Assembly (NCBI GenBank): GCA_965221955.1
Contig: CBDCTA010000004.1
Coordinates: 85,452 to 149,451 of the forward strand
Length of the DNA: 64,000 bases
Source of the DNA: Gammaproteobacteria bacterium
GTDB lineage: Bacteria; Pseudomonadota; Gammaproteobacteria; UBA4575
Direction: 5' to 3'
In this document: one piece after another, positions 41,501-50,496 of the stretch
How positions within the stretch are numbered: position 1 is the first letter of the stretch
How the letters are laid out: each line of letters starts with the position of its first letter
Made by a program: the position numbers and the translations under genes
The notes under the pieces: model-generated
What the model was told of the DNA's origin: nothing
The model's database searches: none
What the model saw: the letters and a program-made list of their open reading frames with translations, nothing else

Positions 41501-42192
41501 ACCTGATTTATGTATTTTCTTAGTACGGGAGAAAGATAAGCATCAATGACGGTTGTATCCCCGCGAGAAACCAATTTTATTAATGGACTGACTTCATGAC
41601 TGATGGATATTTGAGTAAAACCAATTTCTTTGGCTAATTTTGCCAATCGATTTTCATGTTCGTGATACCGATAACCATGCATGAACACAATGGCCACCGA
41701 ACGCAAACCATTCCTATAGTGATTTATTAGATCTTGACGTGCAGCTGCTTCATTCAACGTTTTGAGAACTTGACCGTGTGCATCTATTCGTTCTTCAATC
41801 TCCAACACATCACAATAAAGCAGTTCGGGAAGTTTAATGTGTAACGCAAAAAGGTCTGGTCGTGTTTGATAACCAATACGAAGCTGATCTTTAAATCCTT
41901 TAGTAATAACTAATAACGTGTCTTCTCCTTTGTGCTCCAATAATGCATTGGTGGCAAGTGTTGTGCCCATTTTTACATCGGATATTTGTTCACACGGCAA
42001 TTTATCTTCACTATCGACGCCCAGCATTTCCTTTATGCCGTGTATAACCGGATCTTGATATTGTTGCGGATTTTCAGAAAGAAGCTTGTGTGTTAGCAAT
42101 TGACCATTTGGCTGCCGCGCAACGATATCCGTAAAGGTACCACCGCGATCAATCCAGAATTGCCACTTTTGATGAATACTTTTAGCTTGCAT
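38557..42192 (-). CDS. fused hydantoinase A/B-type 5-oxoprolinase
   Basis: [47 protein letters not shown]. Confidence 0.93.
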   Translation of the reverse strand: MQAKSIHQKWQFWIDRGGTFTDIVARQPNGQLLTHKLLSENPQQYQDPVIHGIKEMLGVDSEDKLPCEQISDVKMGTTLATNALLEHKGEDTLLVITKGFKDQLRIGYQTRPDLFALHIKLPELLYCDVLEIEERIDAHGQVLKTLNEAAARQDLINHYRNGLRSVAIVFMHGYRYHEHENRLAKLAKEIGFTQISISHEVSPLIKLVSRGDTTVIDAYLSPVLRKYINQVSSQLPRHSEQASNLMFMKSNGGLTDAKLFRGKDAVLSGPTGGVVGMVKVCELAGLKKIIGFDMGGTSTDVSHYNGDFDKTFDTQIAGVRLQAPMMLINTIAAGGGSVLKFDDERYQVGPNSAGAHPGPACYRNDGPLTITDCNVMVGKLQPALFPNVFGTDANQSLDNETVAAQFQKLSDRIGKETGDKRPPEAVATGFLSIAIENMANAIKKISVMRGYDVSEYTLCCFGGAGGQHACLVADALNMKQIIIHPYASVLSAYGIGLADIVIDRQQSIGKILDGILLEELKKLFNQLQQEGIDELKQQNSEHTDPTFKRNLRLRYKGSDTILTVPHAPIDNVVTQFEQTHQRRFGFISPEHNIVVEAIEVEVTSQTQHPIEFEKLNSEIQQSNADVANNCYIDGKWQSTPFYHRNSLSVNEHINGPAVIYDSINTIVIETGWRSTLTTDNNLMLERFIERKAIKAIGTDVDPVMLEIFNNMFMSIAEQMGTVLENTAVSVNIKERLDFSCAIFDPTGSLVANAPHVPVHLGSMSESIKTVIHEHRNNLTPGDAFILNTPYNGGTHLPDITVIKPVFSKQTELLFYVAARGHHTDIGGTTPGSAPAHSVSIEEEGIIIDIFKIVESGCFREQEIYSFLTSCRWPARNPTMNIADIKAQLAACEKGADELNKIVNHYGVKTVHAYMQHVQNNAEESVRRALSVLEDGKFKYEMDDGYQIVVSIKVDQEQRKAKIDFTGTSAQHPGNFNAPSAVVKAAVLYVFRCLVDDNIPLNDGCLKPFEIIIPKHSMINPEYPGAVFAGNVETSQYIVDALFGALGIISASQGTMNNFVWGNEKYQYYETLCGGTGASKDYDGTDAVHSHMTNSKLTDPEVLEWRFPVILNSFEIKLNSGGKGKHRGGNGITRKMQFLESMTANIISSHRKVPPYGLAGGESAQVGNNRVEHPDGSVTELSGVDKIELKPGDVFVIETPGGGGYGRFNYVE

Positions 42193-42373
42193 GGTAAAAG
42201 TGTACTATGAAATAAATACATCAAGCCTTGAATTCTTCCTTATCGAACATTACTCAAAAAGTAGACAAGTTTTGCAGAACTTCAGGGGTTAAGTGATACT
42301 GCTAGATAATTTTTAGCCGAAATCTCTGAAGATATAAGCTCATCTGAAATCGATGAAACTAATATATTAAGTG

Positions 42374-45079
42374 TTAAGTGTTAAGTGTAGAGAGAAAGGT
42401 TGCAGGGGCTTTAGATCTATAATCAGCACCATTCACGTCAGCGAAAATTGTACGTGATAGAAATGAATCTAGTTCTCCATATTCTACTAACTGTCGAAGA
42501 AAAAGATGGTCGACATTCCCATTGGTAAATTCAACAGCCATAAGACTACCTCCAGATAGCATGGCCATATACTTAGCATAGTGGTGGTCACGAGACTCAT
42601 CTTTAGCGTAGCACATTAAAACATGAGAACAATTTCTGTTACGCATAGTCTTCCAACTCATGAATACTCTTTCTAGAGATTTTATCGGATGGCTTTTAGT
42701 GTAGAAGCGTCCACCAATGCTAACAACTAGCTCTGCCCCTAAGACATTACCCGCAATTAAAGCTGGATAACTGCCTGCGCTACTACCCATTGTACGTAAG
42801 CGTTTGTAATTACTTATAAAATTCTGTTTAGCTATCCAAGTAATTACTTCAGTTACATTTTTCCCAAGATGAGGAACACCTTTCCGATAGTTTTCATTTA
42901 ATGGCTCAGAAATTATTAATATGTCATAGCGACTTGAATCAATATGCTGCAATAACACTGCATTGGGCATACCTAAACCATGAGCACCTGCTTCACTAAA
43001 GCATATTAACAACGTTTTATCAGTTGTTGATCCTGGCCCGACAAAATGCTTCACATATGGCGAAATTCTATAAGAATCATACAACTCAGGATTATTTTTA
43101 CCGCTATCCATCATCATACTTTTCATTTTTTGCAGCCAATTATCTAAAGCTATATGGAATTTTTCTGCAGTTCGTGATGAAATTAGTTGACGAGATAAAT
43201 TTATTTCATACAAAACCTCCAATTCAACCGGTGTTAATCGGTGTTCTAAGGTAATGAGCGCCTTATTCAGCTCAGCAACAGTATGGCAATAACTAAAGGT
43301 TCTCTGGAAAAGTCGCACAATGTAATGTTGCACATTTAAGTGAGATGTTTTTGTTGTTGTATTAGTTATATGACTAAAGGTAGCTTGCATCTTTTCATCT
43401 TGTGAATGTGTTGATAAAACACGGGCAACTAAATTTCCAAGATAACGAAACTGTGCAAATTCTTGTGGCGAAATAACTACGTCATATTCAAGTTCCAACG
43501 CAATTAACAATTCCATTCGAGCAAGTGAATCCAATTTGAATTTTCTCAGTTTGATATCCTTATCGCCCTTTATCAATGCAGTAATTAAAGAGGGCTTCAT
43601 GTGATTTGTTGCTTGCTCACCTAATGTATCAATAATAGATTTCCGAACATTTTCACTCTTTTTAGTTAAACTTACCGCTTCCAATCGAGAAATTTTTCCA
43701 GATGCGTTTCTTGGAATTTCATCAACGATAATAAACTGCCTCGGACTACGAATACCAAGCTGTTGTTTCACAAACTTTTTTAATTCAGGTAAGTCTGGTT
43801 TTATATTCTTAGCAAATGTAATTAAGGCCACTGGTATATGACCATGCAATGATGACATCTTGGGAAGCACAACAACATCTGTTATGTCAGGATGCTCACG
43901 AATATAAGATTCGATTTCTTGCGGGTAAATGTTCATACTATTGAACACAAACATGTCATCACACCGCCCGCTGAGGTGTATCCTTTTTTGCTTATCGATA
44001 TAACCTATATCACCTGTGTAGAACCAACCATTTTCTAGTCTGGCCTCTGTTTCCACAGGGTTTCCTAAATATTCACGAAACATCCCCTCACTACGAATAG
44101 CAATCTCGCCATGTACTCCATTACCAAGCATTTTTCTATCTGGCGAAACTATGCGCAATTCAATTCCAGGTAACGGTTGTCCTACACTCTCACCTGCTTT
44201 CAAGTCATTTGGATCTGTAAATGCAATTGCACCGGTTTCAGTAGTCCCGTAACCAGCTTGCAAATTCTTAGTAATGTGCTTTCGCAACTGTTGACGAAGA
44301 GCACCAGGAACATGCGAACCTCCAAGTTTTAAACGAATATTAGACAGCTGTTTAATATTTGGTATCGCTAATAACTCTTGAGCCTGAAAGGCGGATAGAT
44401 GCATTACATTTACGTTTAGAGATTGGCATTGATTGACTAGCGAATTACGATCTGTACCAAGGAAAACATTTGTTGCACCTTCAGCAATGCAATATAAGCG
44501 ATGTCGTTTAGCAAAATTATGTTCAATTGAGGCTAAACAAACAAATCGTTCTTGCCCTGAATCGACATGACGATGAGCTTGCGCGACGAGGTCCTTGTCT
44601 TGATGAATAACTAATTTAGCATCGCCAGTTGTGCCCGAAGTAGAAAATAATAAACAAGCAATTGGCGTTTCATTTAGAAATGTTTCTATATCGGAATATT
44701 CCGCTGTCAAATCTACGACACTATTTTCATCAACAATATTTGTAACACCACAACTGCGAATGACTGCATTTTGTGTATGCTCTGATTCGTGTGTAGGAAT
44801 TGTGCACGATGTAGCACCGATATACGTTGCAGCAAGGCATAAAATTAGGTGTTGTGTATCGTTAGCGCATTTAACTCCGATGACAGAATGACGCGTAATA
44901 CCATTTTCGTAGAACTTACTAGATTGTACGTTTACAAGTCGCCTCAGTTGAGAATAAGAAAGCTTTAGTGCAGGTGTGACGACAGCATCGTGATCTGGAT
45001 TTATTTCAGCGTGATAAAAAAGTCGTCCAATTAACGAATCAGGTAATGAGACTATTTCATTAGCAAGTATTGCGGTCAT
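42374..45079 (-). CDS. NRPS-like adenylation domain + carrier protein + alpha/beta-hydrolase-like domain
   Basis: STSGTTG, YGTTETG, TGDIG, GRCDD, PRNASGK; ACP motif LDSLARMEL; GSSAG and a distal DH. Confidence 0.8.
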   Translation of the reverse strand: MTAILANEIVSLPDSLIGRLFYHAEINPDHDAVVTPALKLSYSQLRRLVNVQSSKFYENGITRHSVIGVKCANDTQHLILCLAATYIGATSCTIPTHESEHTQNAVIRSCGVTNIVDENSVVDLTAEYSDIETFLNETPIACLLFSTSGTTGDAKLVIHQDKDLVAQAHRHVDSGQERFVCLASIEHNFAKRHRLYCIAEGATNVFLGTDRNSLVNQCQSLNVNVMHLSAFQAQELLAIPNIKQLSNIRLKLGGSHVPGALRQQLRKHITKNLQAGYGTTETGAIAFTDPNDLKAGESVGQPLPGIELRIVSPDRKMLGNGVHGEIAIRSEGMFREYLGNPVETEARLENGWFYTGDIGYIDKQKRIHLSGRCDDMFVFNSMNIYPQEIESYIREHPDITDVVVLPKMSSLHGHIPVALITFAKNIKPDLPELKKFVKQQLGIRSPRQFIIVDEIPRNASGKISRLEAVSLTKKSENVRKSIIDTLGEQATNHMKPSLITALIKGDKDIKLRKFKLDSLARMELLIALELEYDVVISPQEFAQFRYLGNLVARVLSTHSQDEKMQATFSHITNTTTKTSHLNVQHYIVRLFQRTFSYCHTVAELNKALITLEHRLTPVELEVLYEINLSRQLISSRTAEKFHIALDNWLQKMKSMMMDSGKNNPELYDSYRISPYVKHFVGPGSTTDKTLLICFSEAGAHGLGMPNAVLLQHIDSSRYDILIISEPLNENYRKGVPHLGKNVTEVITWIAKQNFISNYKRLRTMGSSAGSYPALIAGNVLGAELVVSIGGRFYTKSHPIKSLERVFMSWKTMRNRNCSHVLMCYAKDESRDHHYAKYMAMLSGGSLMAVEFTNGNVDHLFLRQLVEYGELDSFLSRTIFADVNGADYRSKAPATFLSTLNT

Positions 45080-45825
45080 TACTTGGTTACATTAAACAAC
45101 ACATGCAACGGTTCATTTAATAGTGGCGAGAAGAAATCTTTATCTAACGCAACCATCTCAGGTGTGACTGTTAGCTCTTTTACTTCAGGCATCGTGTGAA
45201 ACCCTGCTTCCCGCAAACTATCAAAATAATTACTAAATGTTTTATGCACGCATTGCACGTGCAAAGGTTCACCATTGCGCTTCCAAATTTCCCCTTCAAA
45301 CTGTTGATTAACATCAGAAAAATAGTTCTTTCCATTTGAAGCAAAATAAAAAGGCGCTGTTTGGTTTGAACGTATAAATGGAAAAAAAGGATGAGGCACA
45401 CTAAAAATAAATTTTCCCTGTGGAACTAAAGCGTTTTGCACCATTGAAATCACACGCTGCATTTCATCTACTCGTAAGTAGTTAAATAAAAACACAGCAA
45501 TGCAAAGATCAAACTGACGATCAGGAGTAAATTCCACCATATTGCAAACGCGATACTCAATTCCATATTGATCTTTTTCTTCTTGTATTTTAGCGGCTTC
45601 AATCATTTGAGAGGATAAATCTACACCCAGGTAATCACCTGCCCCCATACGTTTGAGTTCACGTGCACAATAGCCTTCACCGCAACCAATATCTAACACA
45701 GAACGCCCATTCAGCTCACCACAAGCCTCAAACACATACGGACGTGCTGTAAAGTCCGACAACGAACTTGGCGCTAAGCGCAACCATTTACTGGCATTGT
45801 CGTTATAGACTTGTTTGGTATCCAA
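45079..45825 (-). CDS. class I SAM-dependent methyltransferase
   Basis: VLDIGCGEG, GVDLS, LFNY, FSVPHP; overlaps both neighbours. Confidence 0.9.
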   Translation of the reverse strand: MDTKQVYNDNASKWLRLAPSSLSDFTARPYVFEACGELNGRSVLDIGCGEGYCARELKRMGAGDYLGVDLSSQMIEAAKIQEEKDQYGIEYRVCNMVEFTPDRQFDLCIAVFLFNYLRVDEMQRVISMVQNALVPQGKFIFSVPHPFFPFIRSNQTAPFYFASNGKNYFSDVNQQFEGEIWKRNGEPLHVQCVHKTFSNYFDSLREAGFHTMPEVKELTVTPEMVALDKDFFSPLLNEPLHVLFNVTK

Positions 45826-46600
45826 GGTCAGATAATTTTTCTTTGCTTGATGAAGTATAGGAAGGAAAACTTAGGGCGCGCTCATGCATTTTGTCCCAAA
45901 ATTCAATTCGCATGCTAATGGCCTTATTAGCGCCGTGTTCTATCTGCTCACAAGCACTTTGATCTCGAGCTAAATCTTCGGTGATCGATAATAACTGAGC
46001 AGCATGATCGTCGTCACATTGACTGTGTAAATCAAAAAATACACGCTGAGTAACGGTCAGATTGCTATGGGCTTTAAGCCCCTCAAGAATCTGATTATAA
46101 ATTTTAGAGACAATCAATTCAGTGCCTATACCGATTGCTCCCACTCCAACATATTGATTCACCTCACAAAGCTGTAAAAATTGTTGGCTCCATACCAAAC
46201 CAACTTTACATTCAGAGATTGTCTTACGATATTCCTTATCGACGCCTAACGCTTCTTGAAAGCGAAGAAATAATTGCGTGTGCGAATGATTTTCGATACT
46301 TGCCAACACATCGGAGGCTAATTTTACATCGTGAAGTTTGCCTTTCTCTTCAGCCAAATTTGCCTGAAGAATCTGCTTGTGTTTAGGCTCTTCGAGACCC
46401 TCAATTACAGCCGATAAATAGCTAATAAATTGGGTGTTGTATAAACCATATTGGAACGCAAAGTCTTTGAATGCCAAATCAATGTTGGGAAAATCACCTG
46501 CGCGAATCGCTTGCAAATATGGATGATTGACCGCTTTTGAGTCCAATACTTCATTACAAACACGTTTGGTGAAGGCTGCATCCATATGTTGTAAATCCAT
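45803..46600 (-). CDS. heme-oxygenase-like diiron oxidase (TenA/PqqC/CADD superfamily)
   Basis: NHPYL, NLAEEKG...HSH, GTE, FFDLHSQCDDDH, FW: E/H/E/H/D/H ligand pattern. Confidence 0.8.
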   Translation of the reverse strand: MDLQHMDAAFTKRVCNEVLDSKAVNHPYLQAIRAGDFPNIDLAFKDFAFQYGLYNTQFISYLSAVIEGLEEPKHKQILQANLAEEKGKLHDVKLASDVLASIENHSHTQLFLRFQEALGVDKEYRKTISECKVGLVWSQQFLQLCEVNQYVGVGAIGIGTELIVSKIYNQILEGLKAHSNLTVTQRVFFDLHSQCDDDHAAQLLSITEDLARDQSACEQIEHGANKAISMRIEFWDKMHERALSFPSYTSSSKEKLSDLGYQTSL

Positions 46601-46771
46601 TGTATCTATCGTTAAGAGGTTTCCCCAATATCCCCATATTGTGTGCTAAAACTCGGTAGTTTTGCAACTTATCTCAAGCAATGCCAATGACCAACCCTCT
46701 CAAAAATTCTTCAGCATGAATTAAACTCACTTGAAATTGAATTAATGATGTAACGAACAAGTTGCTAAAAT

Positions 46772-47323
46772 TTATTGAATCCCTTTGTCTGAAATTTCAT
46801 TTTTGACTAAACCAATGTTCTCGCTTATCTGTAATTTTACGTAATCACTGATAATCGAATCATACTTTTCTGCAGATTTTTCTGCTGCTTTTTCAGGTAT
46901 ACTTTGCGAAAACTCGATCGTTTTTTTGCCTACTGGTGAACTATAAAATTTCAGTAGCTCTTTAATTTCTTCATGAGTATAAGTTTCTTTATATAAGGGC
47001 ATATAAATTTCACTTTCGACCTGCTCATACGGCATCTTTTCAGCAATATAATTTTGATAACCTTTTACCATTTCACTGAAACGGTTTTTCAAAATTTCAC
47101 CTACTTGTTTTTTTTGCTCTTCTGTCATATTTGAGCCGTCAATGTTTTGGTCGGCTGCTTGAAAAAAGCCTGCTTGCATTTGATTTATAATTACATTATT
47201 TAAACCTGCATAGTTATTTTTAACACCTGTTAATTCAAATAACTCCCTTAAATCATCATCTAAAGAACCAGCGAACGCAATACAGCTTGATAGAAACAAT
47301 AGGATAGTAAAAATTATTCTCAT
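46772..47323 (-). CDS. DUF2059-like exported protein
   Basis: Signal peptide; YKETYTHEEIKELLKFYSSPVGKK. Confidence 0.75.
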   Translation of the reverse strand: MRIIFTILLFLSSCIAFAGSLDDDLRELFELTGVKNNYAGLNNVIINQMQAGFFQAADQNIDGSNMTEEQKKQVGEILKNRFSEMVKGYQNYIAEKMPYEQVESEIYMPLYKETYTHEEIKELLKFYSSPVGKKTIEFSQSIPEKAAEKSAEKYDSIISDYVKLQISENIGLVKNEISDKGIQ

Positions 47324-47382
47324 GTTTTTCCTCTAGATAAATATAAACTAATTAAATTCGAAAATGATGTGTGGATATTAAG

Positions 47383-48804
47383 CTAAGAATCCTCATAGTG
47401 ATCTATCAGAATTCGTCTAACCGCATGTGTGGCTTCCCCAATATCTAGATTATATTTTTTTGCAACTAATTCCCCAATTTGTTCAATACTTCTAGAACCA
47501 TCAATTGCACCTAAAACTTGCGCTTGAAGCAAATGTTTTGAGGAGTCTAATTCATATTCATAGTTCTTAGGAATCAATTTTGAGGGTTTACGAATCCACT
47601 CTGGCAAATATTCATATTTTGGAGGCACGACTGAATCTTTAATTTTTTTGGCACTAAAGCTAAAAACTTCCTCTGTACGACCATGTGTACTCAAAGGTGA
47701 TCGCATATATTGAATTGAAGTACGACTGCTTTCAATTAATTCAAAACCATTTTTGTCAAGCAATTCTATAACCTCTTCTTCACTATAACACCAAGCTTGT
47801 TGTTTATGAAAAAAAGCCAATGAACCAGTATTCAACCATGTTCCACCAACTTTTAAGCATTGATTGATACGCGGGATATAATCTCTTAAATTTTGCGGGA
47901 TGATATCCAACAACCAGGGGGTAACAACGGTATCAAAACTATTCGATTGAATTGGCGGATTCATGCCATCTGCAAACATATAGAAAATATTTTCTTGGTT
48001 TGTATTTGGAGCTTTGCAGTTTTGCTGCTGAACAAATGTATTTTTGTTAAGAGGAGCAATAGGAAATTCATTTAAACTAAAATCCTCGCCTTGTGTAGCT
48101 TTACAGCCAGCTAGCAACAATAAAGGATTAATATCTAATAGAAGTGAACATTTTGCAGAAAATTTCTGATGTAAATCATAAGACAGTCGCCCTGCTCCTG
48201 CGCCAATGGTTAAAATATTACCTGATAGTAGTTGTCCTTTTAACACGCTGTCTATAGCAGCAAGCATTTGCTCATTCTCACCATTGTCCCATACCCAATC
48301 ACGAAAGATGTTATTGTAATAACTATCTAAACCTTGGGCTTTTGGTGTTTTTGACTGATAAGTCCCAATAACATCATTTAACCCTTGGTCTTGCTTGCCT
48401 TCTAAAGATAGTGGCGAAAGGATCTCAAGAACTTGCTTGATTTGTTGTTTTTTAGCATCGATAAGTTTATTAATACGCCTCTGCCCTGTTTTACTTAAAC
48501 GTTTATCTTTAAGACCTTCTTTGAGCTGCTTCTGCTCGAGTTGATTAACATGTAAAAAACCCTTTAGACGCGCCTGCCACTCTTGCAAAGTGGTATCTGG
48601 TTGAGCAAATAACCAAGGGATTATTGCTTTATTACATTTAAACAATGGAAATTCAGCATTACATTTACCACATTGAAGGACGTTTGATTTAACGCTCAAT
48701 GACGAACTTTTATCCACGCAAACGGGACATGCCAATCTTTCTATAAATGGCAAATCCATGTTTTCAGTTTTAATAACAGCTGGGGACTCTTGGGAAGTGC
48801 TCAA
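47383..48804 (-). CDS. Zn-ribbon + carnosine-N-methyltransferase-like SAM methyltransferase + PqqD-like tail
   Basis: CPVC...CGKC; RDW, GAGAGRL, DTVVTPWLLD, GGTWLNTGSL; IDGSRSIEQI...Y. Confidence 0.65.
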   Translation of the reverse strand: MSTSQESPAVIKTENMDLPFIERLACPVCVDKSSSLSVKSNVLQCGKCNAEFPLFKCNKAIIPWLFAQPDTTLQEWQARLKGFLHVNQLEQKQLKEGLKDKRLSKTGQRRINKLIDAKKQQIKQVLEILSPLSLEGKQDQGLNDVIGTYQSKTPKAQGLDSYYNNIFRDWVWDNGENEQMLAAIDSVLKGQLLSGNILTIGAGAGRLSYDLHQKFSAKCSLLLDINPLLLLAGCKATQGEDFSLNEFPIAPLNKNTFVQQQNCKAPNTNQENIFYMFADGMNPPIQSNSFDTVVTPWLLDIIPQNLRDYIPRINQCLKVGGTWLNTGSLAFFHKQQAWCYSEEEVIELLDKNGFELIESSRTSIQYMRSPLSTHGRTEEVFSFSAKKIKDSVVPPKYEYLPEWIRKPSKLIPKNYEYELDSSKHLLQAQVLGAIDGSRSIEQIGELVAKKYNLDIGEATHAVRRILIDHYEDS

Positions 48805-48900
48805 ACTTATGTAACACGATAGTTAATTTCTATAATTAAGTATTGTCCTAACTCATTCTAACGATGTCACGAATCTTATCGTGAAAAAACAACCGAACAT

Positions 48901-48933
48901 AAAAAAACGGGATGATTTAGTATCACCCCGTTT
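48901..48933 (-). terminator. intrinsic terminator
   Basis: aaacgggatgat/atcaccccgttt stem with an A7 run, downstream of the 48959 gene. Confidence 0.7.
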
Positions 48934-48958
48934 CGAGAAAGTTAGCTTATGCTATTGA

Positions 48959-50476
48959 TTAAGAAGTAATTTGGTTGAATGCAATATGCTCTATACCAGG
49001 ATTGGCCCCTAAAGTTGGATTACCTAGCACTGCACCAAAGCTACCCGCTTCACCATGTAGTGCCAAGTAATTAAGTACTACAAGTTCCGCTAGTGATACT
49101 ACACTATTCGCGTATGGGCTCGAATTTGTGTCAATAGTACCATCCGCTTTATAAGCGCCTAACTGTTGAGAAGCTGCTCCATTTCGCATGATGTTTGCTG
49201 AAGCCACAAGTGGGCTATATACAAACATTGCGCTTGCAGCCCTCTGCGAGTTATCTGAACGCCAACGAAATTTTGTAGTTCCATTACCATCATCTTCTGG
49301 ATTATCACGATCTGCAACGACCGCACCATCACTAAATAAATAGATCATCAATGGTTGGTTTTGTAAACGTGCATATTCTAACGATGCCCCAATGATTTGA
49401 CCAATCTTGAAGTCTTTACCATCTGTTTCTGGACGCGGATCCTGATGATAATCACGACCACCAAATTCCATCGTTGCTAGACCACCGTAGCCATTCACAA
49501 CTACTTTCATGGTTGCGGCAGCTTTGCGGAAATCGCGATCATCACTGATTTCACCATTTGGGAAAATATTTAGTAAATCTGCATCCGCTTCTGGGTCTAA
49601 ATCTGAAGGTAGAATTGGTGAATTAAATGTCGCTAGACTTTGATCATAACCACATTGGATCAACTCTTCTGTTGCTGTAGCTTCATTAATTTGTCCAAGT
49701 TTAAGTTGCGTTAGTATTTGTGTAGCTTGTGCAACACTTGCGCTTGGGAAACCATCGGCTTCACCACCGCTAAGACCTATGGCTTCATTGCGATTACTAA
49801 CACGTGTAGGCCCAAATTCTGCAGACTTCATGTACTCAGGTGCATCTGACCTACCACCCGTTTCTGAGCTTCGTGTTCCAGTAGCGACTACAAACTCACC
49901 CCGAGACCCAGTACGCGCAATACCGTACATTGGGTTATGAGGATTGTTACCTGTGTCATTTTCAGAACGCGCTGGTATAACTGTGGCATTAACATTTGCA
50001 CGTGTACCAGCACTAGTTTTGTCTAGCATTCCTCTTAGCAAAGCACTATTTGGATGCATGGCAATACCAAAATCAGTATTCACGCCTACACTGCTCGGGT
50101 CAATTGCTGCAGGTAATCCTAGTGTTTCATAAGCATTCGTAGGTAAAAAGTCTGTTTGACCTCCAGTTGCACCCACCATGATGTTAGATCCAGCGATGTT
50201 TGCCCCTCCACCCATATCTATACCAATAAATGGAATTTTGCCTGCACCCAGTAGGCCATCATCAGCACTAATTTCGCATGCATGGGCTCGATTTACCATC
50301 GCACCTAAGCTTGGTAGTAAAACTGTGCTAGTGCCAGCAATAAGTCCTCTTCCAAGAAACTCTCTGCGGGTAACAGGTCTACCATGACCGGTACGTCGGC
50401 ATGATTCCTCGATACGCTGTTCGAAGTGGTGGTGTGCCTCTTCTGCGCGTCGATTTTGCTCTCTGTATTTCGTCAT
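48959..50476 (-). CDS. Tat-exported protein of unknown function (DUF1501/DUF1552-like)
   Basis: TRREFLGRG twin-arginine signal; DMGGG, HNP, DYH, SDG motifs; RBS GAGG before 50476. Confidence 0.6.
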   Translation of the reverse strand: MTKYREQNRRAEEAHHHFEQRIEESCRRTGHGRPVTRREFLGRGLIAGTSTVLLPSLGAMVNRAHACEISADDGLLGAGKIPFIGIDMGGGANIAGSNIMVGATGGQTDFLPTNAYETLGLPAAIDPSSVGVNTDFGIAMHPNSALLRGMLDKTSAGTRANVNATVIPARSENDTGNNPHNPMYGIARTGSRGEFVVATGTRSSETGGRSDAPEYMKSAEFGPTRVSNRNEAIGLSGGEADGFPSASVAQATQILTQLKLGQINEATATEELIQCGYDQSLATFNSPILPSDLDPEADADLLNIFPNGEISDDRDFRKAAATMKVVVNGYGGLATMEFGGRDYHQDPRPETDGKDFKIGQIIGASLEYARLQNQPLMIYLFSDGAVVADRDNPEDDGNGTTKFRWRSDNSQRAASAMFVYSPLVASANIMRNGAASQQLGAYKADGTIDTNSSPYANSVVSLAELVVLNYLALHGEAGSFGAVLGNPTLGANPGIEHIAFNQITS

Positions 50477-50496
50477 TGTTTTATACCTCACTAGCC

